A stretch of DNA of 64,000 nt. It comes from Pristiophorus japonicus. Lineage: Eukaryota. The stretch covers positions 26,288,001-26,352,000 of the forward strand of contig NC_091987.1 of assembly GCF_044704955.1 (NCBI RefSeq), given 5' to 3'. A program made the position numbers and the translations under genes. Shown piece by piece: positions 1-11,857 of the stretch (position 1 is its first letter; each line of letters begins with the position of its first letter). The notes under the pieces are model-generated. The model made no database searches and had not been told where the DNA came from. It was given only the letters and a program-made list of their open reading frames with translations.

Positions 1-167
1 TACTGGTTATATAAACAATTAGCAGTATATACAAATCTCAATAGCTATTTATATATTAAGGCTAACTTAAAGGGTAAAATGATTGGTTGACTTTACATAC
101 AGTGCACTAAGAAGTTAACGAAAGTGAGATTACATAGAAGAAGACGAGAGATTTGACGTTAGCTCAC

Positions 168-213
168 ATGGCATCAGCAATGTAAAGGCAAAGAGCAAGA
201 CTTTCAATGTCAT
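168..213 (-). CDS. V-gene leader exon (signal peptide MTLKVLLFAFTLLMP); its V exon lies left of the window
   Basis: ATG at 213, 46-nt phase-1 exon ending at donor GTGAGC (167-162), hydrophobic peptide, same geometry as the other leaders, CRE/ETS motif upstream. Confidence 0.75.
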
Positions 214-310
214 CCTTCTGGGGGATCCGAAGATAGAGTCTGTCAGCCTGAGAATCATACGGAAAGTGCCGCCGATTGCTGAGCAGAGCCTGAAAAGTAT
301 AACGCTCTGG

Positions 311-360
311 CAGGAAATGATGTCACGAATGCGACTGTCTGAAAGCCACGCGGCGGAAGT
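311..360 (-). promoter_or_regulatory. V promoter: ETS-CRE composite plus a second ETS site
   Basis: CAGGAAATGATGTCACG (311-327; reverse complement CGTGACATCA resembles the TCR Vbeta CRE decamer) and GCGGAAGT (353-360), about 100-150 bp upstream of the leader ATG. Confidence 0.6.
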
Positions 361-1344
361 CAACAATAATTGCACAGGATTGAGTCAAACACTTAGATTA
401 GATCGGCTTTTGATGCACGGCTGGCTGAGAGTGAAGAGTTGGTGGCCATTGTATCTCCTTGATTGTCCGGATGTAATTAAGGTTTTCGGACCCGTCTTCT
501 CACTTTCTTACTGATCTACATTCCGAAGCAAACTGAAGATCATATCTCAGATGCACGCACCCACAAGACATGTGTGTGGAATTCACGGGGTAGAGTGCAC
601 GTGAGGGTCAACAGTTTATTGGCCTATCGAAGGACAGTGCTGGTGATACCGAATAAATACTATCCTAGAGAAGCACTCTATTGGCACATATCGACTCTAG
701 AGATGATTGTTAACTGCGCAGTGAGGAATAGTTTATAATATGAGAGGAAACTAGCGTAAATTAGTGTAGCCACTATTAATGGATATTTAAATAGGTGGAA
801 ACGGATTCAATAGCGTCTTTCAATAGAGAATGGGAAAAATATTTGAAGGGGAAAAATTCAGGGCTGTGGGTAAAGGGCAGGGTCGTAGGAATAATTGGAT
901 AGTTCTTTGAAAGAGCCGACACGGCCACGATGGGCCAAATGGCCTCCCTTTGTGCTTCTTTGCTTCTATGATGCGATATATGTTGGAAAACTTTAACCTA
1001 AAATCATTGCTTTTAAAAATAAATTGGGCTGGAGAGCATGAAGGTTAGGTATTCCCTCTACGGATACATTCACGCTGCAATTACTGTTCCAGTCATTGCT
1101 CTAGAACATTAACTGCCCTGGATAAATGTTGTGTCACGAAGATGGGGAATTCCCAAATATTGTGTCAAATGCGCTGCGATGGTTATCATCTGAAAAGGCC
1201 TAAGTTAAACAGAATATATGAAAGTATTTCAGGGAGCGAGTTTCCAATCGATGGAACTGCCTCCCCGGCGAGAATTGCGGGAGCGGGTTGTAGAATGTAT
1301 TGATTCCTATAAAAATGAATCAGATTTCAACTATCCTAATATTA

Positions 1345-2068
1345 ACTGGGGCAAAGTTAGTGTGAAGTGTTCAGAGGGTGCAGATTACCTAAAATGAATT
1401 CAGGACAAACGTTTTTAACCAGCATGTAGTAAGCCCAACACGTCAGAGGGCGGTTCTGGACTTAGTTTTAGGGAATGAAGCTGGGCAGGTAGAAGAAGCA
1501 TCAATGGGTGAGCATTTAGGTGCTAATGACCATAATTCAGTTAGATTTAAAGTGGTTATGGAATAGGACTAGGATAGACGAGGAAATAAAGTTCTAAATT
1601 GGAGAAAAGCCAATTTTGCGAAGTTGAGAGGTAATTTAGCAATAGTGAACTGGAAACTGCTACGTGAAGATAAATCAGCGGCAGGTTGCTAATCTGCTGG
1701 GACATCCTCAGAATCCAGGGAAATTAAGTAAATTATAACCAATGCATCCACTATCCCTGCCGCTACTTATCTTAAGAACCTAGGATGCAAGCCATTGGGT
1801 TCAGGGGATTTAACCGCCTTTAGTCCCATTATCTTTGGAATACCACCTCCTTAGTCACTATGACTGTGCTAAGTTCATCGCCCATCCCCTATAGCCCCTT
1901 GACTATTTTGGAATATTTTGAATGTCCTCTACCTTAAAGACTGATACAAAATACCTGTTCAGAGATTCTGCCGACTTCATGTTCCCCATCACTAATTCCC
2001 CAATCTCGTCCTCTAAGGGACCAACATTTATATTAGCCACTCTTTTCCTTTTTATATACCTGTAGAGG
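1345..2068. mobile_element. Two degraded CR1 LINE fragments (endonuclease region on +, ORF2 fragment on -)
   Basis: Similar to the EN region 'QYV..PTR..AVLDLV' and the ORF2 of longer CR1 copies in this window. Confidence 0.6.
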
Positions 2069-2084
2069 TTATGTTAGTGGACGA

Positions 2085-2450
2085 TCTGTGTTCAAATCCC
2101 ACCATGGCAGCTGGGGTATTTAAATTCGATTAAATAAATCTGAAATAAAACAAAGGAACGGTTTCTGTAATGGAGACTATGAAACTACCAGATTGTCGTA
2201 AAACCTCATCTGGTTCACTAATGCTCCATAGGGAAGGACATTTGTCGTCCTTACCCGGTCTGGCTACTAGGTGACTCTAGACCCACAGCAATGTGCTTTA
2301 TTCTTAACTGACCTCTGAAATGGCCGAGCGAGACATTGAATTGTATTAACGAAAGCGGCTCAACACCACGTCCTCGAGAGCAATTTGCGATGGGCAATAA
2401 ATGCCAGCCTTGCCAGCGATGCACACATCCCGTGGATGATTAAAAATATT
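2085..2450 (+). mobile_element. SINE-like repeat (tRNA B-box-like GTTCAAATCC, tail GGGCAATAAATGC...CACATCCC); reverse copies at ~4320-4670, ~19850-20040, ~24205-24680 and ~26190-26570
   Basis: Same ~350-bp sequence recurs several times in the window. Confidence 0.6.
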
Positions 2451-2454
2451 TAAA

Positions 2455-3545
2455 AAGCAGAATCATTTTAAAAGGAGAAAGATGTTGGTATTCAAACGGA
2501 TTTGGGTGTCCATGTACACGAATCACAGAAAGTTCATGTAATGTAGAGTAAGCCATAAGGAAGGCAAATAGCATTTATCACAAGAGATTTGTGTTAGGAG
2601 TGTAAGGATATTTTGCTGAAAATATATAGCGCTTTGGTGAGACCACACCCAGAGTGCTGTGTACAGTTTTGGTCTCCTTACCGAAGGCAGGATATACTTG
2701 ACATAGAAGGTGTGCAGCTAAGGTTCATCAGACTGATTGCTGCGAGGAGAGGATTGTCCGCTGAGTCGAGGTTGAGTAGATTGGCCATTTTTTTGGAGGG
2801 TTTAGAAGAATGCGAAGCAATCTCATTGAAACGTGTAAATTCTTAGAAAACATGACAGAGTAGATGCTGAGAAGATGTTTCACCTGGCTGGAAAGTCGAC
2901 AACCAGCGGTCAAAATCACGAGGGTTCTGGACTGAGTAGATAAAGAGAAACTGTTCCTAGAAGGGTCTAGAACCAGAGGACAAAGATTTAAGGTGATAGG
3001 CAAAATAACTAAAGGCGACATGAGAAAAAATATTTTTATGCAGTGAGCCGTTAGGATCTAGAATGCACTGCCTGATAGGATGGTGGAGGCAGACTCAATC
3101 GTGGCTTTCCAAAGAACTTGCAGAAAATAAATTGAAGGGCTACTGGAAATGGGCGAGGGAGTGGGACTAGCTGAGGTGCTCATGCATAGATCCGGCATGG
3201 GCCGACGGGCCGAACGACCTCCTTCTGTGCTGTTACCATTCGATGATTTTACGATATACTCGGGATAAGGGTTTGGCCAATTAGTACTGAGATAAGGAGA
3301 ACTTGCTTCGCTCAGAGACTCGTGAATCTTCGGAATTTACTTGCCCAGGGTGTTATGGATGCACCGTCATTGAGAATATACCGAAGTGAGATCGATAGAT
3401 GTTTGTACATGGAAATTAAGGGATATGGGGATTAGGCTGGAAAATGGAACCGACGTAGAAAACAAGCAAAGGTCTTATTGTGTGCCGGAGCAGGCTGGAG
3501 GAGCCTTATATCCAAATCATTTTTCTATTTGTTATGTATTTTGAT
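2455..3545 (+). mobile_element. Degraded CR1 3' fragments (nested)
   Basis: ORF 2613-2846 LVRPHPECCVQFWSP matches the CR1 ORF2 C-terminus; CR1 3' UTR motifs present. Confidence 0.75.
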
Positions 3546-3614
3546 CGAGGTATAAGCCTGTTTTCTACATATATGCTAATTTCAGATTAGAATGGAGAGT
3601 ACGTGGGCAAACAT

Positions 3615-3627
3615 CGCCATCTGCTGG
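3615..3627 (-). promoter_or_regulatory. CTCF-like site
   Basis: Reverse complement CCAGCAGATGGCG fits the CTCF core CCASYAGRKGGCR and sits in non-repeat DNA. Confidence 0.45.
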
Positions 3628-4719
3628 TGTAGTAGCATATTATATATTAAGATCACGTGAAAAAGTCGGTCTCGCGCATGTGAACTGACATTGTCCATCA
3701 AGGTGTACAATTAGACGCACTTTCAGTACATCTTTGGTGTTCCAGCTGAAAGCTCGCCTGAATTGATTAGTATTGGGATGACCCAAGGGACAGTAGTAAG
3801 CGTGTAGATGTATAACATGCGTGTACCATATGTCGATGTAATAAAACAAACCAATTGCTTTAGCTCTGTCCTTCGAACATGTGGGAACATCGGAACCGGA
3901 GTGGGCCATTGACCCACTAGAGGCTATTCCGCAATTACGTTATAACTTGCCTGATCACTATCTTATTTCTATCTACGTACTTTAGTTCCTTAAGCTTTAA
4001 TAGCCCTGACTAACAAAAATCAATTTATCGTGGTTTTGAAACTTGAAATTGACTCTCACAGACTAAGTAGCGGTTTTGGGGGAGAGAGTTCCAGATTTCC
4101 GCTCCCCTTTGTGTGAACACATGCTTACTCACATCACAAGGGAACGGCCTGGCTCTAACATTGTTCCAGCCCATTGTTCTGGACTCCACCACCAGAGGAA
4201 ATAGTTTCACTCTATAAAGCATTTCAACTCCTTTAAACATCTTTAAAAAAACTCGACTTGATAACCCTTGAATCTGATATATACCAGTAAATTAAGGCAA
4301 GTCTATGCAACCTATCTTTTTTTTGAATTAATCATTCATGGGAAGGCTGGCAACCCTAATTACCCTTGGGAATGTGGAGGTGAGCCGCATTCTTGAACTG
4401 CTACAGACTATATGCTGAAGGCACTCCCACACTGTTGCAACGATGTATCACGACTGGGTGGCTCGCTAGGCCATTTCAGTGGGCAGTTAACAGTCAACCA
4501 CATTGCTATGCGTCTGGAGTAAGGTACAGGCCAGACCAGGTAAGGACGGCAGATTTCCAAAAGGACATTCGTAACCAGATGGGGTTTTACAACGACCCGG
4601 TATCTTAATGGTCACCATAACTGATAATAGCTTTTTATTCCCGCTTTATTTAATGGGATTTTATTTCTCCAGCTGCCTATTCGATGAATTCTTTAAACGT
4701 AATTTAAATCTTTTAGCAC

Positions 4720-5270
4720 CATTATCATTCTGGGATAGTCTTCTGCTCTGGCAATCCCTCGGAGTCGAGGAACACTTGCTATCACGCTAAAAGTGAGTTC
4801 TCAGGTGACTGAAATATCCAATGCGGGACCTACAGTCTCTGTTACAGGTGTGACAGACAGTAGTTGGAGGAAAGGGTGAGTGGGACTGGTTTGCTGCACG
4901 CTCCTTGCGCTGCCTGTGCTTGTTTTTTGCATGTTCTCCGCGATGCGACTCGAGGTGCTCAGTGCCCTCCGGGATGCTCTTCCTCCACATTGGATGGTCT
5001 TGCGCCAGGGATTACCATGTGTCGGTGGGGATGTTGATGCTTTTTCAAGGAGGCTTTGAGGGTGTCCTTAAAGCATTTCCTCTACCCACCTCGGGCTCGC
5101 TTTCCGTGCCAGAGCTGCGAGTAGAGCGCTTCCTTTGGGAGTCCCGTGTCGGGCATGTGGACGATGTGGCCCGCCCGACGGAACTGATCGAACATGGTCA
5201 ATGCTGCCATGCTGGGAATGTTGGCCTAATCGAGGACACTGACGTTGGTGCCTCTGTCCTGCCAATGGAG
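4720..5270 (-). mobile_element. RTE-clade LINE 3' end
   Basis: C-terminal C..C...C.SRIG..SHLRTH zinc-knuckle motif (ORF 4787-4990); homologous to the RTE at 36.7-38.2 kb. Confidence 0.7.
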
Positions 5271-5352
5271 TAGCAGGAATATAACTTAGATCGATCACTC
5301 CCGTGGATCTGAGACCTAGAATTCTATTTTGATTCAACTCACTAAAGCTATA

Positions 5353-8082
5353 CATAGAAACATAGAAAATAGGTGCAGGCGTAGGCCATTCGGCCCTTCG
5401 AGCCTGCACTGCTATTCAATGAGTTAATGGCTGATCATGCAACTTCAGTAGCCCATATTCTTGCCATACCCCTTCTCGCCATACCCCTTGATCCCCCTAG
5501 TAGTAAGGACTACATCTGACTCTATTTTGAATATATTTAGTGAATTGGCCTCAACAACTTTCCATGGCAGAGAATTCCACAGGTTCACCACTCTCTGGGT
5601 GAAGAAGTTTCCCCTCATCTCGGTCCTAAATGGCTTAGCCCTTATCCTTAAACTGTGACCCCTGGTTCTGGACTTCCCCAACATTGGGAACATTCTTCCT
5701 GCATCTAACCTGTCTAAAGCCGTCAGAATTTTAAACGTTTCTATGAGGTCCCCTCTCATTCTTCTGAACACCAGTGAATACAAGCCCAATTGATCCAATC
5801 TTTCTTGATATGTCATCCCGGGAATCAGTCTGGTGAACCTTCGCTGCACTCCCTCAATAGCAAGAATGTCCTTCCTCAAGTTAGGAGACTAAAACTGTAC
5901 AAAATACTCCAGGTGTGGCCTCACCAAGGCACTGTACAACTGTAGTAACACCTCCCTGCCTCCGTATTCAAATCCCCTCGCTATGAAGGCCAACATGCCA
6001 TTTGCTTTCTTAACCGCCTGCTGTACCTGCATGCCAACCTTCAATGACTGATGTACCATGACACCCAGGTCTCGTTGCACCTCCCCTTTTCCTAATCTAT
6101 CACCATTCAGATAATAATCTGTCTCTCTGTTGTTACCACCAAAGCGGATAACCTCACATTTATCCACATTACACTTCAACTGCCATGCATTTGCCACTCA
6201 CCTAACCTATCCACGTCACTCTGCAGCCTCATTGCATCCTCCTCGCAGCTCACACTGCCACCCAACTTAGTGTCATCCGCAAATTTGGAGATACTGCATT
6301 TAATCCCCTCGTCTAAATCATTAATGTACAATGTAAACAGCTGGGGTCCCAGCACAGAACCTTGCGGTACACCACTAGTCACTGCCTGACATTCTGACAA
6401 GTACCCATTTACTCCTACTCTTTGCTTCCTGTCTACCAACCAGTTCTCAATCCACCAACCAGTTCTCAATCCACGTCAGCACACTACCCCCAATCCCACG
6501 TGCTTTAATTTTGCACATTAATCTCTTGTGTGGGACCTTGTCGAAAGCCTTCTGAAAGTCCAAATACACCACATCAACTAGTTCTCCCTTGTCCACTCTA
6601 CTGGAAACATCCTCAAAAAATTCCAGAAGATTTGTCAAGCATGTTTACACTGTACATTAATGATTTAGATGAGGGGATTAAATGTAGTATCTCCAAATTT
6701 GCGGATGACACTAAGTTGGGTGGCAGTGTGAGCTGCGAGGAGGATGCTGTGAGGCTGCAGAGCGACTTGGATAGGTTAGGTGAGTGGGCAAATGCATGGC
6801 AGATGAAGTATAATGTGGATAAATGTGAGGTTATCCACTTTGGTGGTAAAAACAGAGAGACAGACTATTATCTGAATGGTGACAGATTAGGAAAAGGGGA
6901 GGTGCAAAGAGACCTGGGTGTCATGGTACATCAGTCATTGAAGGTTGGCATGCAGGTGCAGCAGGCGGTTAAGAAAGCAAATGGCATGTTGGCCTTCATA
7001 GCAAGGGGATTTGAGTACAGGGGCAGGGAGGTGTTGCTACAGTTGTACAGGGCATTGGTGAGGCCACACCTGGAGTATTGTGTACAGTTTTGGTCTCCTA
7101 ACCTGAGGAAGGACATTCTTGCTATTGAGGGAGTGCAGCGAAGGTTCACCAGACTGATTCCCGGGATGGCGGGACTGACCTATCAAGAAAGACTGGATCA
7201 ACTGGGCTTGTATTCACTGGAGTTCAGAAGAATGAGAGGGGACCTCATAGAAACATATAAAATTCTGACGGGGTTAGACAGGTTAGATGCAGGAAGAATG
7301 TTCCCAATGTTGGGGAAGTCCAGAACCAGGGGTCACAGTCTAAGGATAAGGGGTAAGCCATTTAGGACCGAGATGCGGAGGAACTTCTTCACCCAGAGAG
7401 TGGTGAACCTGTGGAATTCTCTACCACAGAAAGTTGTTGAGGCCAATTCACTAAATATATTCAAAAAGGAGTTAGATGAGGTCCTTACTGCTAGGGGGAT
7501 CAAGGGGTATGGCGAGAAAGCAGGAATGGGGTACTGAAGTTGAATGTTCAGCCATGAACTCATTGAATGGCGGTGCAGGCTAGAAGGGCCGAATGGCCTA
7601 CTCCTGCACCTATTTTCTATGTTTCTATGTTTCTATGTTTCTATGATTTCCCTTTCATAAATCCATACTGACTTGGACCTATAATGTCACCTCTTTCCAA
7701 ATGCGCTGCTATGGCATCCTTAATAATTGATTCCATCATTTTACCCACTACCGATGTCAGGCTGACCAGTCTATAATTCCCTGTTTCCTCTCTCCCTCCT
7801 TTTTTAAAAAGTGGGGTTACATTGGCTGCCCTCCACTCCATAGGAACTGATCCAGAGTCGATGGAATGTTGGAAAATGACTGTCAATTCATCCACTATTT
7901 CCAAGGTCACCTCCTTAAGTATTCTGGGATGCAGACCATCAGGCCCTGGGGATTATCGGCCTTCAATCCCATCAATTTCCCCAACACAATTTCCCGACTA
8001 GTAAGGATTTCCCTCAGCTCATCCTTCTTACTAGACCCTCTGACCCCTTTTATATCCAGAAGGTTGTTTGTGTCCTCCTTTA
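5353..8082 (-). mobile_element. 5'-truncated CR1 LINE split at 6643/7646 by a nested copy
   Basis: RT motifs VYLDFQKAFDKV, GVPQGSVLGP, KFADD; (CATAGAAA)n tail at 5353; the sequence GGAAATCA|TGCTTGAC rejoins across the insert. Confidence 0.92.
6644..7645 (+). mobile_element. Young 5'-truncated CR1 inserted antisense inside the previous CR1
   Basis: Uninterrupted RT C-terminal frame to 7537, (TTTCTATG)n tail, ATG duplicated at 6641-6643 and 7643-7645. Confidence 0.93.
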
Positions 8083-8183
8083 GTTAGAACGTAAACTATG
8101 TAAAGAATTATCAAGAGCAGGAGAGTTTATGAGTGCTGCTGAACTGACGTTTCGTCTCTTTCGGCTCAGTGTTATGAGTGGTA

Positions 8184-8222
8184 CGTTTTTGACGAGGCGC
8201 TACACTTGTTTGAATCACTGTG
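8184..8222 (-). other. 23-bp-spacer recombination signal sequence
   Basis: CACAGTG (8222-8216), 23-nt spacer, TCAAAAACG (8192-8184). Confidence 0.9.
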
Positions 8223-8515
8223 ATCACTTGCAGCACAGTAGTACAACGCTGTGTCAGTCGGTTTGACGCTCTCTATTTTCAGTCTGCAAGACTTAAGATC
8301 AGGCCTGATGACTTTAAACATGTCCTTGAAACTGCCTTCAAAAGTGGTGTCAGAAGTTCCAATCGAGGTGGCTATGAGCTGGAACCCTGCCCCGCGGTAC
8401 CAGTACATGTAGCTATCGCTGGTGTCGTTCTGGTAGCAGTGCATTTCTGCCGTGAGCCCCGCTCCAACCGACAGCCGGTTCGACCACTGGGAAACCAGAG
8501 CGTTCCTGCAAGGGG
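8223..8515 (-). CDS. TRBV: TCR beta-like V exon, open frame, with a 3-codon FR2 deletion
   Basis: Acceptor TTTGTAG; LVSQW..EMHCYQNDTSDSYMYWYRGAG..DTALYYCAAS; resembles horn shark TCR Vbeta as recalled from memory (needs BLAST); followed by an RSS. Confidence 0.88.
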
Positions 8516-9274
8516 CTACAAAGGAACAGGAGAAACATATCAGCTCAAATAAAAAGAGGATAGGGAGACATTTTATGTCAAATCGCGCGATGCACACCAC
8601 AATCGATCAGTTCGCCGAGCGAAGATGCAGACTCGTCATCGGTGGGTGCGAAGTGCTAACTGATCTCGACTGGAGCGGTGCTAAATCGGTGCACTGGCCT
8701 CAGGTCCCATTGCTATGGAGGCATCATGCCAGCGGGCGCCCCTCAATCCTGCAGATTCTGGCTTGTTTGACACGCTTTGCACCGTCAAACAGTCTATGAG
8801 GCCGGACTGGTTCGGCTCAATCACTTGGGTAATCTTCCAGGACATTCCGCCTCTGGTCGTCCAACCATCAGGTAATATGTAGGCGACGAGGCACATTACA
8901 TATATTTAGAAAAAAAAATTAGGCCACAATAAAATGGATCCATCGGATAATAGAGGGTTACAGCACAGAAGGAAAACATTTGTCCCATCTTGCTCTGCTG
9001 TCTCTTTGAAACAACTTTCCGATTTGGCCTACAATGACACTCTTCCCCCACAGCCCGGCAAATTTTACGCCTTTAGTTATTCATCCAATTGTCTTTTGCA
9101 AGATGCTATGGAATCTGTTTCCACCGCCCTGTCAGGCAGTATATTGCAGATCCTAACAACTCGCAAAATAAACCCTTTAAATCATCTATCTGATTGGAGC
9201 GTATGTTCAGCAACCCAAAGAAAAGTTATCAGGTTAAACAGGGCCCGAATTGCCGTACAGGTATAATCAGTTAC

Positions 9275-9320
9275 CTGGGAGAACCAGCAAAAATATATAT
9301 CGGTATACAGAATACAGCAT
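9275..9320 (-). CDS. TRBV: Leader exon of the 8223-8515 V (MLYSVYRYIFLLVLP)
   Basis: 46-nt exon, donor CAG|GTAAC, splices in frame (G+CC = Ala) across a 759-nt intron. Confidence 0.85.
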
Positions 9321-9406
9321 GCTTCCAGACTCTCTGCCTCCAAGCACAGCCCTGCTGCCACGCACAGGGCTATTGTCGCACCTGCGCCTGGTTTTGTTGT
9401 TCTAGT

Positions 9407-9419
9407 GGATGTGACATCA
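9407..9419 (-). promoter_or_regulatory. ETS-CRE promoter element
   Basis: GGATGTGACATCA about 90 bp upstream of the leader ATG. Confidence 0.6.
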
Positions 9420-9739
9420 TTGCAAGTGTCTCCATTAGAACTTCTCCTCATTCCAACAATGCACATGGTTGTTTCTGAGGTGCAAATGCAAGAACAATCA
9501 ATACACAGGTTTGAGCAGCAATGTGCAATCTATTCAACTTGTTCGCGAGTTCCATTAATTTTGAAATGGTTGACATATATCTGCTTTGTGCAGATACATG
9601 TCACGTGTAGAGACATTTTTGTAATTTATTCCCGAGATGTGGGCGTTGCTGGCAAAGCCTGCATTTAGTCTCCATCCCTCATTGCCCATTAGTTCCTTGC
9701 TATATCATTTTGGAGTGCAGTTCAGAGTCATTCACATAC

Positions 9740-10640
9740 AACATAAGAAATTGGAGCAGGAGTAGGCCATTTGGATCCACGAGCCGGCTCCGCCTTTAAA
9801 AAAAGATCCTGACTGATCTGATCATGGAATTAACTTCATTTCCCTGCCCACTCCTCTTAACTATTTATTCCCTTATCATTCAAAATCTGTCTATATCCGC
9901 CTTAAATATATTCAATAACCAGCCTCCACAGCTCTCTGGAGCAGACATTCCATAGATTTACAACCCGCTGAGAGAATAAATTACTCCTCATCTCAGTTTT
10001 AAATGGGTGGCCCTTATCCTGAGACTATGACCCCTAGTTCTAGTTTTCCCGATGAGTGGAAATATTCTCTCCGCATCCACCTTGTCGAGCACCCTCATTA
10101 TCTTATATGTATCTTATATGTATCGAATGGAGCTCATTCTTCTGAACTCCAATCAGTTGAGGCCCAAATTACTCAACCTTTCCTCATCAGTCAACCCCCT
10201 CATCTCCCGAATCAACCTAGTGAACCTTCTCTGAACTGCATCCAATGCACGTATATTTCCTTAAATACTGAGACTGAAACCTTATGCAGTGGTCTAGATG
10301 TGGCCGCGCCAATACCCTGTACAGTTGTAGCAGGAATTCTCTGCTTTTATACTCCAACCCCTTGCAATAAAGGCCAACATTCCATTTGCCTTCCTGATCA
10401 CTTGCTGTATCTGCATACTAACAGTTTGTGCTTCACGCACAAGGAGGCCAGGCCCCTCTGTACTGCAGCACTTTCAAATTTTTCTCCATTTTAATTATAA
10501 TTTGCTTTTCTATTTGTTCTTCCAAAGTGAAAACCTCACATTTTCCTCCATCTGCCAGATTTTTGGCCACTCACTTAGCCTGTCTATATCCCTTTGCAGA
10601 TTTGTTCTGTCCTCCTCACAGCTTGCTTTCCCACCCGTCT
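9740..10640 (-). mobile_element. CR1 3' fragment inserted into a SINE
   Basis: CR1 3' UTR and RT homology; absent at the paralogous position near 19.97 kb. Confidence 0.75.
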
Positions 10641-11059
10641 TTTATCATTGCTGCGGGTCTGCAGTTACATTTTGGCCAGACCGTGTAAGGACAGCAGATT
10701 TCGTTCCCTAATGGACTGCAGAGACTGGAGAAGATACCACTGCATTCTTTATAGCAGAGAATATTAAAAGGAGATTTATTGGAGTTATTCAACTTCAGGA
10801 AGGATTTTGATAGAATAACTAAGGAAACACTGTTATCAGTGACACAACGGACTACCCAGAGGACGCACGATTGAACGTGATTTACGACCAAATCAGTGGA
10901 CAGAGGAGGCCATTATTTTAATTCGTAACGAGTTGTTGTGATCTGGAATGCACTGCTTAAAAGTGTGTTGTAATCAGATTCTATACTATCTTGCAAAAGT
11001 AAATGACTTAACATTGGGTATAGCCAAGTCGGAGAGCGTTGCATCTTCTAAGTAAGAAA

Positions 11060-11510
11060 CACTTGAATTTCTATAGCCCCTTTCACGGTTTCAGATCGTC
11101 CCATAACACTACAATGCCAGTGAAGTCGTTCATGAATTGTAGTCCGTATTGTGATGTAGGAAACGTGGTTGTCAATTTACACACAGCATGCTCCCATAAA
11201 CAGCAATGTGAGAATGACCCGATAACCAGTTTTGTCAGTGAAGTTGGTTAGCTCACCGTGAAGTATTTCGCTTTGGTTCTTCGAAGTAGTGGTCTTAGGA
11301 TGTTCTACAACCTCCTCCAAGGGCAGACGAGTCCCCGATTTAACGTGCCATCCGAAAGACGACATCACCGACAGTGAAACACAGGAGTGTCAGCCTAGAT
11401 TTTGTGTCACCGTCATGATTGGGACTTGGTCTAAAGCGCTTCGGAGTCAAAGGTCACAGGCTGACCGAAAGATCGAAATTTCCCATGGTCCTGAAAGACG
11501 TGGTATAAAA
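11060..11510 (-). mobile_element. Deu-domain SINE (SacSINE1/AmnSINE1-like); other copies at ~20230-20560(+), 22820-23290(-), 27840-28075(+), 35800-36060(-), 44820-45080(-), 53900-54155(-), 60055-60175(-)
   Basis: Core TGCTGTTT.TGGGAGC.TGCTGTG...AAATTG...CGTTTCCTACAT.ACAA recognised from memory of DeuSINEs; recurs across the window. Confidence 0.55.
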
Positions 11511-11514
11511 GAAA

Positions 11515-11775
11515 GTATCTTTCTTTTCTTCGTTCTTTCCATCTTTCTTTCCTTCTTGCTTTCTCTCTTTCCTTCTCTCTTTCTATCTTTCTCTCCTTTA
11601 TTTCGTTCTCTCCTTTATTTATTTCTTGCTTTTTCTCCTTTCTTTCCCTCTCTCCTGCTTTCTTTCACTCTTTCTTTCGCACCTTCTTTCTGTCTTTTTT
11701 TCTTTCTTTCTCTCCTACTCTTTCTGTTTCTCTCCTTTAATGCTTTCCTTCTCCCTTCCGTCCTTCCTTCGTTTC
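11515..11775. repeat. Pyrimidine-rich (TTTC-like) low-complexity tract; similar tracts at ~13225-13340, 23300-23378 and 26050-26180
   Basis: Direct reading. Confidence 0.85.
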
Positions 11776-11857
11776 TCACAAAAGAAGGAAGGAAATCCTG
11801 AAGACAGAAACACCTGCGTTATGGTAATGGATCTGCAGAAAGCAATCCATTTCTGAT

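Noticed and set aside
6530-7537. 335-aa RT ORF as an intact gene
   Set aside because: N-terminus is antisense host CR1 fused to a 5'-truncated insert; lacks the endonuclease and the RT N-terminal motifs
11289-11856. Phe/Leu/Ser-rich membrane-protein-like ORFs (also 12998-13486 and 25951-26238)
   Set aside because: Translation of pyrimidine-rich simple repeats
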